A stretch of DNA of 64,000 nt from contig OZ316893.1 of NCBI GenBank assembly GCA_973895155.1, forward strand, positions 13,532,359 through 13,596,358, read 5' to 3'. The position numbers and the translations under genes were made by a program. The notes beneath the pieces are model-generated. The model searched no databases and had not been told where the DNA came from. It saw only the letters and a list, made by a program, of their open reading frames with translations. The DNA comes from Marsupella aquatica (Eukaryota; Plantae; Marchantiophyta). Within the stretch, counting starts at the first letter, position 1, and each line of letters opens with the position of its first letter. Positions 1 to 14,000 of the stretch are shown piece after piece.

Positions 1-287
1 TTTAAAATACATAACACTTAGTGTTAATTTGAATTCAATATCAATTTTATAAGCAATTTAAATTAAAGTGAAAAAAAATTATTTTAAAAACCAATAAAAA
101 TTAGTGTTACTTGGACTCAAAATCATTTTTATTAAAATTATTGCTGGTAACATTAATTTTGTAGTAACACTAATTAAAGTGATGTACATGAACACACTTT
201 CTCCTTCCGGTCTGGAGGTGGTATGTTTTGTCAAGGACAATAATGAACACCCTTTACTTCAAAGAAAACAATCCTCAAATACCATCA

Positions 288-445
288 AAGATTTCCCACC
301 AAACCAGACGAAATTGTAGACAGGGCAAAACCAGATCCAATCATAGACACTAGTGTATGAATTTTAAGATTTCCCACCGAAACCAGATGAAATTATAGAC
401 AGGGCAAAACCAGATGCAATCATAGACACCAGTGTATGAATTTTG
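288..445. repeat. Tandem direct duplication, 2 x ~78 bp
   Basis: aagatttcccacc(a/g)aaaccaga...gtgtatgaatttt starts at 288 and again at 366 with few substitutions. Confidence 0.9.
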
Positions 446-1683
446 AAAGGACTGCATTAAGAATTGGTTCAAACTACAATGGTGTGGGTAACACTAATTG
501 CTGCAATGGATATAGATGATTACACCCTATCGTCCAGCTCAAACACTCTGTAGACGCGGCACTACTCCTAAATGGCCATTATTCACTTAGGGATGGCAAC
601 ATATTCCCTTTCAGTCTGATCGAGACAAACTTTCGTTACTGGTTTCATAAGAACCAGGGCGACGAGATGGCAGTTCGTGCCATGATTTTCCTCCACAGGC
701 GATGACAGCTTAGAGAAAGAATTTCAGTTGCGTTGGCAGAGACGATACGTGGCCGACGTGGCTCGAAGTCTAAGAATCTGGTCAAAGATAGTGAAGGAAG
801 TAAAAAAGTTGGCACTAAAAGCAGCCCTCTTTTATACTACTGCAGAGCAGAATGGTGCGTCTTCGTCAAAGAACTTCCTGAAGGAGAACTTCCATTTTAT
901 TTGCAATTGTGGAACTCCTTCCCCAGAAATTGAGTTGAAAGCTGTGCTGAAGTCTACAAATTACAATCTAGATGGACTAGTACAGATCCAAATTGTGTTA
1001 TCGGAAAGTTAACTCACCGTACCGTGTTCAGTTTCACAAGCTTCTCTATTCATACAAAAACTGTACATGTAAGCAGGTCCACATCTGAAAAGCAAAGCTA
1101 GCATTTCCAAAGAAAAGAACTCCGAAAAAAGAATAAACAGGAAAGGCCCGCGAAGATCTTGCAGCTCAATAAACAGCCAGTAGATTTCTCCGACCTATCG
1201 TGCGAAAAAAGAACGTGATAATCATTCATGAAATCCATTTCAACAACTTGACTTGCAGAGCCTTCTGCAACAAAACATATCAAGATGCATTGACACGAGC
1301 TTCTCGTGACAAAATGGTACCCCCAAGTGCGGCATGATACCCAACCTTTGGCTACTGAAAACTACCCTACGTTCCTTCTGGAGAACTAAAGATGTATGGA
1401 CACGTTTTCAAAAGGTTCAATGTCAGAATTTTACATGTTGTACGCAGCGTACATGACACCACAAACCCTCTACTTGCTTGACTTTGCTCATCGGTTATGG
1501 TTATTAGCGCTACTTACAGGACGGAGTCCATCTGCTTGCCCACACCACTGGCGATAGAGATAGACATTTCAAGAAAGTCAGGTGCTTCTACAATATGTTC
1601 CGACAGAGCTGACCTCTCAAGTTCTGGATACTTCATAAAAACTTTTTACTTTTCACCCATCAAACTTTTTACTTTTCACCATC

Positions 1684-3801
1684 TTACACTACTCCTGATG
1701 GTAGACGCACCATCATCTGTCCCTCCAGTGCACTCTTGACGTAGTAGTAACAAAAATCTGCAAGAATAAATGTTTGCACCAATTCGGAGAGAAGCACCAT
1801 CGGCGGCCAAAATCCAGAGTAACCCAACATACCAAACAGGAGAGATCCCCTGTCGATCACCTGGAGTATCCAATGGGCACAGCTTAGAAACCGGGCTATT
1901 CCCAAAGCAAACACGTAGTGCGCTGTGAAAGGCTCCACCAATTTAGTGTTCTGCATCAAACAACAGGCATTCTAGGTCAGCGACAACCCCAACATCTGAA
2001 GAACTAGCTTCATTGAGTAACTTCTGACGATTTGGAATTCCCAAGCAGCCATAGGCCCAATACTGTATCACTTGTGTTCATTCTAAGGATAGAATTCCCA
2101 GATGACTACTCTGACTTTTCCATTGCTAAAAGTCTCCATGAATACGGTTCGTAATCAGAAGACTGAGCTTGACTCGACTGGTTGCAATCTTACAAACCTC
2201 AATAAGATAAACAGACTGCCATCATTAAATACTACTAACTTATGCTTGACGTTATAGTTTCGAGACAACACTTTTGCAGGCATGTGCACGTCCCCTGATG
2301 TCACCCATAATTGCTTATCAACTTGAGGCGGGCACGGTCAAAGCCTGATATGCAGAGGTTCAGAGTGTGCGTACCTGCATCACTCTGAGCTGAGGTAGCA
2401 CAGAAACAGACTCCAGGTAAACACAGAAGGCCCAGAGGACACGGTTGAGCACATGGTGGGAAGTCTTTGGATGCACAAGAAGAGCCAAAACCGCACATGG
2501 CAAAAGGACGTAGTGAATGGGCAGGTTGTCCTTAGATAGATCACTAGCCGCCTTTAGCTTAAACCTGATGGTGTAAATTACCCACAGAGTAACACATAAT
2601 GTAACTGTATCCAGTATGGTGTGCGTATTGAATTCCATCATCAAGCTACACCAGAGTCGCACGGCCAGGAACACTGCTGTCAACTCCTGTGTCTTCAAAG
2701 ACAGGCCTGCATGAATCAAATGTAAAATTAACGAGATGCAGTGACAAGACTTGTGGTCACTAAATCACCTTGCACTAATCTAGAAAAACAACACTCGATT
2801 CATCTATGGCTATTTTAATTAAACGGCTAATTTCCATGCCGCCAACAAGTCCCGCGCTGAACAGTTTATGCACGAGATCGCTGACGGCAACAGGAGCCTG
2901 CGTCAATCCCTCTACGACTATACGCCAAACGCAACCTTAGTTGCGACATTCCAATCCTTTCAAAAAATTGGCATACGCTTTGCATAACCAACTCAAGTTT
3001 GTCTGGCAATCAGTGGCTTAGCGACTTCACATTGACCGACTGATGTTTGTTATTCAGAAAGGAAGGAATCCAAGCTGCGTCAACTCTACCAGAAACCAAA
3101 GTGGCGTTATCATTTAACATGGTTGGACAACTAAGAGGTCACCTCAAATTTCCCAACTCACCAAGCAAAACGCTTTAGCCTCTATAGTTCAAACCAGACA
3201 CGATAGAAACCTAAAACTAGCCGCATCACACTGGCCACAGTCACATTTCTCATAATACCTCTATCCATCACCGCCTCTTGACTCATGGCAAGCTAATTCT
3301 TGAGTTATCGTGAGGATTTTGGTGCAGTCCAATTTACAGTCTGGCTCAAAAGGGTTACACGTGAATTACACGTGCCTCTTTTTCTGATTCTAGCTGAGGG
3401 ACAAAATTCCACAAATCTCAATCTGCTCTCTTCACTAGATTGATGACGGACAATTGCACCAACCACACTGTTTGGACAACGATGTCAGAGGCAGGGATGA
3501 GACCCAGCCTCGAGCCCTAACTATGAGAATTTCTCTTGATAGTGGTTAATCGAGATTAAGTACCTGCACAATTCTTCTCCTTCGTGAGCTTGTAGACAAG
3601 AACCAAAATGCCGGCCGCGTGTACAATTTCAGAAGCCACGAACAAGTTGTCGTGGTCACGCACTGCAACCCTAAGAAAGAAAAGCGTTACAACCGCAGCA
3701 ATGACTCCCAGTAACGTCTTTCGCTGAACGGGCTGCCGCTTTACCCACAACACAACCCCTTGCAAAGGGTTCTTGCCAAAGGATCTGCGTGCTGGACCCA
3801 T
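1684..3801 (-). CDS. ER lumen protein-retaining receptor family, plant ERD2-related protein (ERP class, extra N-terminal TM segment), 278 aa
   Basis: Three exons 3801-3564, 2706-2375, 1950-1684 with GT-AG introns, 837 nt in frame. Motifs HDNLFVASE, CAGLSLKTQEL, CVYLESVSVLPQLRVMQNTK, VEPFTAHYVFALG, SELVQTFILADFCYYY and the terminal RLPSGVV are typical of plant ERD2-related proteins. Confidence 0.96.
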
Positions 3802-5864
3802 GATGGTCAGCCGATGAAATCCGACAATGACTCTTGCGATTAACCAATGAAGTTGCTGGCAGGCCTGATCTTCGAATTGTACTAGCAGGGGCTTTTCAAA
3901 TTTGAATCTGTTAGGATAAGTGAGAAGAAGCTCCTGAAAATGTAGCTCGAGCCTGCAAATTGAAACAAGCAAGCGGCGGGTTAGCGGAAAATTCTTGCCA
4001 GACAAGATCAACGTACGATCAAACAACGCAGCCAATATAAATTAGAGGCTAATAAACCCTTCTACACTGTCAATGCCTTCATAACTTGGTAGATGGCTTT
4101 GTCCCAAAGCTCTATTGACGGCTATGACGAGCTCGAACATACGCTCATCATAAAGCTCGTGGCACAGAACAACACCGGGGCAAATTCTGCTGCACACCTT
4201 ATCTGCTATTGGAAATAATTTTTTGGATCCGAAAGGTATAGCTCTATTGTCAAGAGCTCGGAGGATTTCCTTAGGAGGAAAGAGGACCTCCACCCTAGTC
4301 AAGTAGTCTTTAACCCAGAGGAATCTCGGAATGTTATCCGAACCAGCACCCAAACTCAGACAAAGAAAAACCATAGGGCACATTCCTCAACTTACAATTT
4401 CTGCCCAGAAACTACAAGCTCAAGACATTTCGAAGCCCTTCATGGACGGATCCATTACATCGCATGCGATGGACACTGAATCCAGATCGTCGAGTCTCAG
4501 AAGGACAACTAAAAAACGTACACGAATGCCAAACTTCCTACTTGGAAAATTCAAGTTCCTGCACGTTTAGCTTTGAGAACTTTCAACCCCACCTCAATCA
4601 GTGCTGGAGTAAACGTTCTGCGGAAAGGGAGCTGAAACACCAGAACTTTCCACTGTGGCAAAGACTTACGCTCATCTTGCACTCCGTAACTGTTCTGGTA
4701 GAGGAGGATAATGACTCGAGCTAGAATTGACTCAACCCTGGAAACCAATCCTGCTCTGTAGAAAGAAAAGTGGAGAGAAAGAAATACCCCGGATGCTCCA
4801 AGTTGAAAGGAAAGGAACGCTATGGCCGGACCAGTACCAACGACCTTGGGGTACAATATCGGGCACATTTGCGGACTAACTTACCGCAGATTAACTTCCT
4901 GACAGCCATTTTGACTTCATTTCCGGATAGAAACATGGCTAACGAGGGACCTCCCAAGTCGGTTCGGAAGGAGTTGCAAAACCTTCCATCCCCTCGAATC
5001 CTCCCACACTACTAATCCGAGCGGCTTGACCAATTGACCACGCTCTCTCCCTCTTTACCATGCGGGTCTGTTACAGCGCCTGGTGTCAAGCTGCTGATTG
5101 AGAGGGCAACAGCACTTCCCAGTGCTGTGATCCTTCCGCCGACAAAATTCTAGTAGACGGTCCAACTAACTTCAACACATCCACCGGTCTGCCGAATAAG
5201 TGGGAGAAGGGGACAGCCCACCGTCCCACGTGCCTTCGCAAGGCAGTACACAAAACAGGACAGGCAACCCTCACAAAGGCGGACGGCAAGGACACACACA
5301 TCCGCAGGAGTTCAACAACCCGCGTAGCCAAAAATAGGTCGAACTCTCCAAGAGTAAGTCGAAACAGAAGAAGAAGGGAAAATCAGATCCAGACCTCCCT
5401 GCAATTGAATAGAATTGGGAGCCATGCAATGCTCAGACGGGAAAGAAAGGCAACGAACCCTAGTCGAATCAGTCGGTAGTAGTAGCGGTAGGAGGCTTCA
5501 AACCAACCGAAGGGACGCACTCATCACTCGGCCAAAGACAACACAGAAAAAGCTTCGTCCGACGATGACTCCTTGCTCTTCTGTCAAAATCCGAGAGCGC
5601 CGAACGATCGTGCCGGGCAACGAACAAAAATTCAATCAGCGTCGATGCATTCCTTCCTTCCCGGTCCACTCGGTCGCAAATACTTCCCTAAACTCAGATT
5701 GACGACAGACTCGTTTGGCAATCTTTCAAATCCAGAGAGAGCCGAAGGTTTCTGCATTCGGGAAGGTGGCGCACTCGCACTACTGTAACGTCGTGCTCAG
5801 TGCAGCAAATTGGGTGTTTCCAACGGCAATCATGAAGCTTCGATTTCTTGCAGCGCCGACGCCA

Positions 5865-5900
5865 TGCTCTGCTCTGCTCTGCTCTGCTCGGCAGTGCTCT
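5865..5900. repeat. (GCTCT)n microsatellite, probably in the ERP 5' leader
   Basis: gctctgctctgctctgctctgctc seen directly; the leader position is inferred. Confidence 0.7.
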
Positions 5901-6234
5901 GCCAACTTCACTGCGAAGCACCGACTAATGTGAAGGCCGAGAACTCGAGAAAGCAAGAGGAACGCTTCTCTCGTCTTGAGGCGACGGTCTCCGACGGATT
6001 GAGTGGTTACTGTGGTCAGAGGAGCGACTGTAGTAGCTAATACCGACTACTCACTACTCCAGCGACGCCGACGCTGACGGTGGACTGTAGTCGACGGACC
6101 GACGCACCGGGCCGGGCTGACGGAGAAAGTTTATTATTTAAACCACAAGTGCCCCCCATATATCGGCGGAAGTGTCCAAGAGTAATTCTTTTTTCACATT
6201 CTACTCAGTGCAAGGTGCAAGTCTACTCCACCAT

Positions 6235-6334
6235 TTTGGGAAAACATTACTGTTAATAGTGAAATTTGGATCCTGTGGTTTAGGGTAGCTTTGGGAAAAC
6301 AGTATTGTTAATAGTGGAATTTGGATCCTATGGT
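6235..6334. repeat. Tandem duplication, 2 x ~54 bp
   Basis: tttgggaaaa..ca.ta.tgttaatagtg.aatttggatcct.tggt occurs twice in a row. Confidence 0.8.
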
Positions 6335-7710
6335 AACCCCTAGCTCTTGGGGCAGTTGTGGTTTAATTGATACATTATGGCTAAACTTGTTACTTCGGTA
6401 TGTGCTGAGTGTTTAATTTGAGAAACTTTTGAGAAATTAAGAAGAAAGTTGCATAGGATTTCTCAAACCTCAAAATTTGATGGACATTATAAACTTAGGA
6501 AATATCAAGTTTACAATCTATAATGGTTTGCCATAATGTTTTGCCACAAAGATGGTCATATGCAGTGACCATAAGTCACTGTAATGGGTTTCTTATCTGG
6601 CTGCATTTTCTTGTTTGTGACAAATAACGTTGATCTGGCTGCATGTGCTGCATGCCAGGAAGCACATGCAAGGAATTTTGGAAGGAGCTTTACATGGGGG
6701 TCCACAATTAAAGCCCTACTGAGCACCAAGCTGAAAATCTGGATAGAGATTGGGAGTAAACCACTCCTGCTCTTGTGAGGAGGAAGTTACAATAAACTGT
6801 ATGAGTTATTTATGGCACTCTGATTCCTTGCAATGAGACATACTAATTATACTTTCCAACTATAGTATTTGAGTATCTACACCATCTGATTTCCTTTCAA
6901 GGGGACAATATGATAAATAAATTAGTTTAGGGGGATTGCTTTGTAATTTTGGGGGTGACATAGTAAACAATGGTTTTCTCGGAGATTTTATTTCCACAAA
7001 AATAACACATCACGTGCAACAAAAATAAGACCATTTTATTTGTTCAAATGGAAGACTTAAGAATTTTCTCAAAAAAACAATAAGGTCTATTAAATTCATT
7101 TTTGAGATTTATTAGAACATTAGGGTCCTTCTAACCAAATTTTTGAATATTGAATATTCCAAGTTTACAGGGGTTAAAAATTAATTTTCTTACATTTTTG
7201 GGGGTCTGAAACCTAAAAACGTCGCAGTTGATGAGGAGACCTTCATATAGTGAGAACCCCAAGATGGCTTTAAACAATCTTGCTTTCCAAAATATAGCAT
7301 GGAGCTTGTTAGATAGTAACTAGACCAAAAGATAATTAGTTTGACCAACTAGCCTCAATGCCCCAACTTTGCTAAGTCAATCAATACTAGTACCATCTGC
7401 TCATTTCCAGTTCCATCCCCAATTGTAGTTGCGCCTCCAAGTCAGAGTCTAGAAGCGTCGCTCTAGACTGTAGGCTCTTATTCTAGCTTTTGATCACATT
7501 AACTTCTATAATAAACAGTTGCGCCTTTTTATAGGGTGGTCGTCATTTAAATTTGAAGGGCACAAAAATTAAAGAAGCTGACCAAGAGAAGGAATAAACT
7601 AAAAATTATATTATATTTGGTGTGAAGTAAAGAGTGACACGTTTTCCAAACAATAAATAGAGCAGAATGCTAGGAATGACAATGCACAATAATGAGTACT
7701 TTATGGACCA

Positions 7711-8879
7711 TCTATGTATAATACTTTATGTACCATTTAAGTATAATTCTATACCCATGATAATCTATGTCATAAGATTGATTACAAATATTACATACTG
7801 TAATAAAAAATATCAAAACCAAAAAATAGTACAAAAGCGGTAAAAGAGGGGGGGGGGGGTGCGGAATAAAAAAATGAAAAATACAAAAACAAAAATAATT
7901 TTTAGCTGATAATACTTTATGGTTGTTGTCACTCATTTTTTACCCCATGACATCTTTTACTAGATAACAATTTTTGGGTAATTATATCTTTTATTACTTA
8001 GATATATTTTGGGCAATGATATATTTTACTTAATGACATCTTTTGAGCAAGAATTTTATTGGCATTTTTTGCACATCTTTTCCTTAACAATATGTCATGC
8101 AATGACATGTTTTACTTCACAACATATATGACTGATGACATTTTTTTACTTGACGACACCTTTGGAGTCACAACATTGTTTTACTTGACGACATCTTTTA
8201 CTTGATGACATATGTTTTACTTCACAACAACTTTGGCAACACGAGTTCTTTTTACTTGATGATATCTTTGACATAACAACATCTTTGGCTCCCGACATCT
8301 TTTTACTTGGCAATAATATCTTTCACATAATGACATCTTTTTACTTGACAATATGTTTTTACTCCATGACATCTTTGGAGACACGACTCCTTTTTTTCTG
8401 AACAACATCTTTTTACTCCATGGGTTTTTTTTTACACCATCTTTTTACTTTGCGTCATCTTTGGTGACACAAAATCTTTTTACTTCACGACATCTTTGGC
8501 AACTCGATTTTTTTTAACGACATCTTTTGTGCAATGCACGGGTTTTCTTCACAACATCTTGGGCAACACGACATTTTTCTTAAGAACACCTTTGGCGACA
8601 CAATATTTTTTTTCTCAATGATGTCTTGGGCAACACGATATCTTTTTTTCAACGACATATTGGCCGACACAATATCTTTTTCCTCAAGGACATCTTGGCC
8701 GACACGACATCCTTTTCTCAACAACTTCCTGGCAGACACGACATCTTTTTTCTTAGCGACATCTTGGCCGACACAACATATTTTTTCTCAATGACCTCTT
8801 GGCCGACACAACATCTTTTTTCTCAACCAAATCTTGGCCGACACGACATCTTTTGTGCAACGCACGGGTATTGAGCTAG
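7711..8879 (+). mobile_element. Non-autonomous Helitron with internal minisatellite
   Basis: 5' A|TCTATGTATA at 7710/7711. 3' hairpin GTGC-aac-GCAC (8855-8865) followed by gggtattgag-CTAG|T (8876-8880). AT target, no TSD. Interior ~7940-8850 is a degenerate ~18-37 bp 'acgacatcttttt' array. The 5' boundary is less certain than the 3'. Confidence 0.78.
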
Positions 8880-11001
8880 TGTTATTATAAAGTTAGAATG
8901 ATGCATTTCACATGGGCACCCAATACAAGAAAAAAATCTGCCAATGATCTAGAACAGTTCAAAAGGCAACTCTGATATATGCTTCTGGTCACTCGCTGCC
9001 CCATTGTGGGATATTGAAATGTATATGGATAATGGTAGATCCATGTGAGTGGGGAGGCATTGGGAAGACCCATACCCAGGGATCCATACCTATAATGGGG
9101 TAAGGATCACCCATAAATACCCATTAAGGAGGAGCCCAATCCTCACGTGTGTGTGTCCTCCATACATGAAAAGTAGCCAGGGTCATCATGAGCAAATGAA
9201 ACAATGGGATCACATTTTCACTAAAAGGTAGGATGAACATACAAGGTTTTTGATGAGATATACTTATGACATATTTGCAGAATATCACTAGCCCAATCAG
9301 CCTTTCTCTCAGAGCTCTTCCTAAAAGTTCAATTTTATAGTTCAAAAATGGCATGTACGTGTTCTAGTCATCCACCACTTGGCTATCAGTTTTGTTCCCT
9401 TGCTAGCAAAACTTGGTTTCAAATACCCAAATTTCTGTCATTTTTCAGAAAACCCAACTCCTTTTTTTGTGCAGTGAACTCACTGACCATCTGGAGTCTT
9501 ACAATTGCACTATAATCTACCCTTGTGAGAACACCTATTCCTCTGTAGAGTAGAAATTTAGGTAATGTAAGGACATTGTCCAAGGCTAGCGACCTCACTC
9601 ACAAAGAGGTGCCCAAGAGAATACATAAATTCATACTCAAATGGTAAACGGCTTAGATAGCAATCACAGCCTTGCTACCAATACCCTTCATTTGCTAGAA
9701 TTGTTTGCTTGCATCTTAAAACCTCCCTATACACTAACTCATACTTGGCTCCCTACCCTACAGTATTGACTTGGAATGTATTCCTTCCCAAAGTTTGGAG
9801 TCTGCTATGAGTTTCTCCTCACCATCTTTCTCCCAAAGGAAGTCCTAGGGGGCAATCTAATTGAATGGGAAATGCACAGTTTATTCTATTGGAGGGAAGA
9901 TTGCCTCTTTGCACAAAGTCCAAGGGAGATCAATCAATCACTATAATAGGCAATCCTGCCCAAAACTCCTCCATTGTCTGTTTACAAACAGAGTTTTGGG
10001 TGGGAAGCAATCCTGGCCATTGGATCATCATTGGATTGCCAACAGAGGCCCCCTAATACCTGCCCTCTCACTTTCCCGCCCGCCTCCCCCCCCTTGCCCA
10101 CCCTTTCCATCCCACAGGCTGCCTGCTCTTCACCACCTTGGTTTGCACGACAGTCTGCTTCCTAGCCCAATGTCGGTGTGGGGAGGGGGAGGAGAGAAAG
10201 GGGGGGGGGACGGGCGGCAGGGCGAGGGAGCGCAATGAAAACGACCTAATTCCTGTCAAGAAGAAAAGTTATTGGTATGTAACCTTTTTCACTAGGTGCT
10301 ACCATTTCCATAACCCTGTGCAAGTAAAGTCATATCTGGTAATCTTTTTTTCAGACAGGTATTATGTCCGAAAAACCTATTCCCACAAAAGTCAGAAAAG
10401 GTTCCTGGCTGCTGCCAATCAAAATTTCCTCACTTTCTGGTCACTTTTCAGGTCACAGGCCACCATCCCTTTGCCCATGCCCTGCCCCACCCTTGCATCC
10501 CTTCATTGCTCGCCCTCCAGACAAATGTTTCAGCAGCAGCGCACAGTGCCATGGCCCGACCCAATGTGCCATGCTGCTGACTTGGTTTTGCTGGGACGGC
10601 TCTGTACCTCTGCATGGATTGGCAGCAATGACCATATGCCACAATGACAATCTGCAACACAGGGGCATTTTGGGGTACTTGGGAACATGTTTTAAATGGT
10701 GGGCTCACTCACCTTTCTCATATATATATATATATTTTGTTAGGTGGCATGTTTTCACCTCAATGGGCAGACATGAAAGGAGCCAGTAGCGAGTGCTCCA
10801 TGGTGGGGGTACGTCTAGTTAGGTCCTATTTCGTACACCTAAAAGGCACTATTTGGGACACCTAAAATTAACTTTACAACACAATAGCTATGATGGGCGT
10901 AGTCTGTTCAACGACACAAATCAGATGGAATTGTATTGAGCAAAGGTTTCTGTAACATGAGATCGATTGTGTTGTAGTATGCACAATTCTTCAAAAAAGC
11001 T

Positions 11002-14000
11002 TCATTTATCTACAGTTTCAAGAGAGGTTGCTGTTGAGAAGATAGCTGGCTTTGATCCTGATGAATACATTGTCAGTTTGGCTGCAAGTAGGGTTAGTAG
11101 ATCCTTCATCATGGCAATCTGAGCTAGATTGGAGTGCTCCATCTCCTGCACAACAGAAATCGTAATCCAAGTCCACATGATTTGAACAAATGAGGAGTGA
11201 CACCTGAATTATTGAAGCGAAACATGTTCTTTGACCATATAGAACAGAATAATTGATGTATAAGACGAGCATCATTCTCTACTGTCAGTCAGGTAACAAA
11301 ATTGGTCAAAAGGACGGTCACGTGACCTTCAGCTTTTGTAGCTTTTGATGCAAATTGTTCATAAGCTCTTCCTGCTGTTCAATCTTACTTTTCAACTTCG
11401 CACTTACTGTACCATCCTGCTTCTCTATATTCACTGTTGGTTGGAAACAACAGGATTGTGGTTTAGGAGAATGAACTTCCCACTCTACAAAGCAAGTTTC
11501 TTAGACATTGCATGAACATTCAATCTTTATGTCCTTAGATTGAGGACATCCTAGAGACCAGAACACGTTGAATTTGATGCCAGTACTATTTAGAGAATTT
11601 TCAAAGATACTTGTAGAATCTATGTCTTAGGAAAGAATAAGGTGTAAGGCCAGTATAGTGTGATACGAAACTCACATTGTACAACAGATGCTTGAAGTTT
11701 CTCTATTGTAGCTGCATTGTCATTTAATGCTTTTGTCTCTATCTCAAGCTCTTTGGAACAGGCAGAAATGTCTGGTTGGAGATTTGTCATCTTCCTGTGA
11801 GCAAGAAGACATGAGAAAACAATGCAGCCTTTTGTGGAGAAGACCACGACTGCAGCGTCCATAGTAACTGCTACGATTCCAGATGTCCACACACTTCCTC
11901 ATCCAAGAATAGTCACTAGTATTTCTCAGCCAATCCATTTCACATTTATCTAGCAGAACTGAAACAATTTGATGAGTACCTCTCAAGCAAAGATTGCACT
12001 TCGCTATAATGATTGCTTTTATTTGCATGTTCAAGCTCAAGTTCACGCAATTCTGCCCGTAAGAGATTTAGTTCGTTGACTTGCGGTGTCAGTTTTCCTC
12101 TTGCTTCCTTGGTCAAGGTATTGACCTCTGCAATCAATTCCTTCAAGTTCTGTGTAGTGTTTTGTTGGGCTGCCTGACCAATACCACCTGAAACAGATAC
12201 AGAAGGTCTATCACACAGTGATGGATCCCACTCACCAATTGCTGCTTGCTGTTGTGGTGACGAGAAAGACAATCCCTTGTGCCGAGTGCCCTAGAGACGA
12301 GTTAAGGTGAGATCCAAGACAGAGGTTGAGATTACAGCAAGATAGCTAGATCATTAAGAAGATCCTGTGTAATCAAAGTCTCGAAACAAGTTTTTGAAGG
12401 AAGTTGAAATGATGATTCACCTGTGGGTATAATCCCATCCGGAGCCACAGGCTGAAGTGCTGAAGATAGTTGGTGCTCTAGTAGTTTTTGTGTGTTCAGT
12501 AAAACTCCATGTTCAGCTTCAAGGTCATCAATCTCCTTTTTCATCTTCTTGTAGGTTGCGCTCTTGGTCCGCAGCTGATCCACGTACTGCTTGAAGTCTT
12601 CTCCACGTCTTACAGTTGCCTTTACCTGAGACTTAAGCTAGTTAATCTCAACTGTTGAAATCAGGTAACATTTCCGAAGTTTATTGTCAAAGTAAGCAAA
12701 ATTACATCTAAAACTATACCCATGGATAGGACCATATTATTATATCAATTTTCATCTCATAAGATGAGATTTGACTCGGTTTGAATCGGTAGTTATAAGA
12801 ACTTTAGAAGGCTATTCGGCTCGTCAATGACAGTTTTCCTACCTGCATATGCTACTCCCAGTGGGTGTTTAAGTTCTCCAAATTAATACGGGGTTGCATT
12901 CTTGCTATCGATCTTGATCGTAATAGCTGTCTATTTCAAAGTCTGACTCAGTAAATTCTTTCTCCAAGCAAAGGAAATTGGAATGACCTTTCCATGGTGT
13001 TTGAGATATTAGACTAGCAACTGAGATCTGATCACAAACGCAATAAGCCTGGTAATGAATCTATCACTGGCATTGGGAGAACAGAAAAGTGCCTCTTCAA
13101 CAGCAGCATCCTTCTGGTCAATAATCTTCAGTAACTGATCCCTCCTTACTGTGAGAGTTTCTAACTTTTCATAAGCCTCTCGTAACTGATTCGCAGTTGT
13201 GGCACCCATCTGCACTTCTTGCCATTCCAAAATCTCTCCCTTTGGTACTTCATCATTTTGTCGAGCTTTTTCTAAGGCATGCTTTTTCGTCAACGATCTG
13301 ATCTCTTCATTTACGGCCAAGAGCTTTGCCTGCTGATGGAACTTAATCATTGCAAAGGCTTTGTAATCGATCTCCAACAACTCATCTAAAAAACCAATAC
13401 ATTACCTCTCTTCCTCGATTTATTTTGCCTATTTATGACTAGATATTAAATGGCGTGGAAAATTGTTGCAAATAATTGAGAATTACAAAGAAAGCGGAAA
13501 GCAGACAGTTTGGATAAAATATGATCAATCTTTTGAATGAGCACGAGTGTCAAGTCGTGTGCATTTAAAATTTGCTCCACAAACTGGTGGATGGAATTAA
13601 AATCAATCAAACTTTCAGACTTATAAACCAAATAGTTGATCGGAGTCGAATGGAAATTGGAAAACCTTCAAGAGAAAGCACCTGGATACCTGCAAGTCCA
13701 TCTGGCTTGTTTGCAAGAACCTCCTGAAGTGCGCGAAGGTGTAGCTGTTTTCTCTCAACCTCCTGCCTCCTTCAATAAGAAAAACTGCATATGTCAGAGA
13801 CTTAAAGCGGTCGTATTTAAAAAAGAAAGAAAGAAATATCGTCTGTAATCTAGAAGCTGAGTATACTTATAAAGAAATAAAGCAAGATGGTCCATAGCGA
13901 GCATCACTACACTGTCTCTGAGATGCAGCCCAACGAAAGAGCTATTAACTTCACCTTTGCAAGTTTCTTCTCAGAATTGTTGCGCAAGATGGAGTTCCTT

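Noticed and set aside
728-1012. 94 aa plus-strand ORF
   Set aside because: TTG start, no recognisable domain or supporting splice structure.
3802-4035. In-frame N-terminal extension of the ERP gene
   Set aside because: No ATG; family similarity begins at the ATG at 3801.
4042-5331. Short ORFs or a possible LINE relic (PTWKIQVPARL) upstream of the ERP gene
   Set aside because: One weak motif with frequent stops; more likely leader intron sequence and not supportable without a search.
8217-8874. Lys-rich and Phe-rich short ORFs
   Set aside because: Translations of the Helitron minisatellite.
12188-12290. Extra IFT81 exon ending at the GTGAGT donor near 12234
   Set aside because: The phase does not fit the upstream exon and the following intron would be only ~47 nt.
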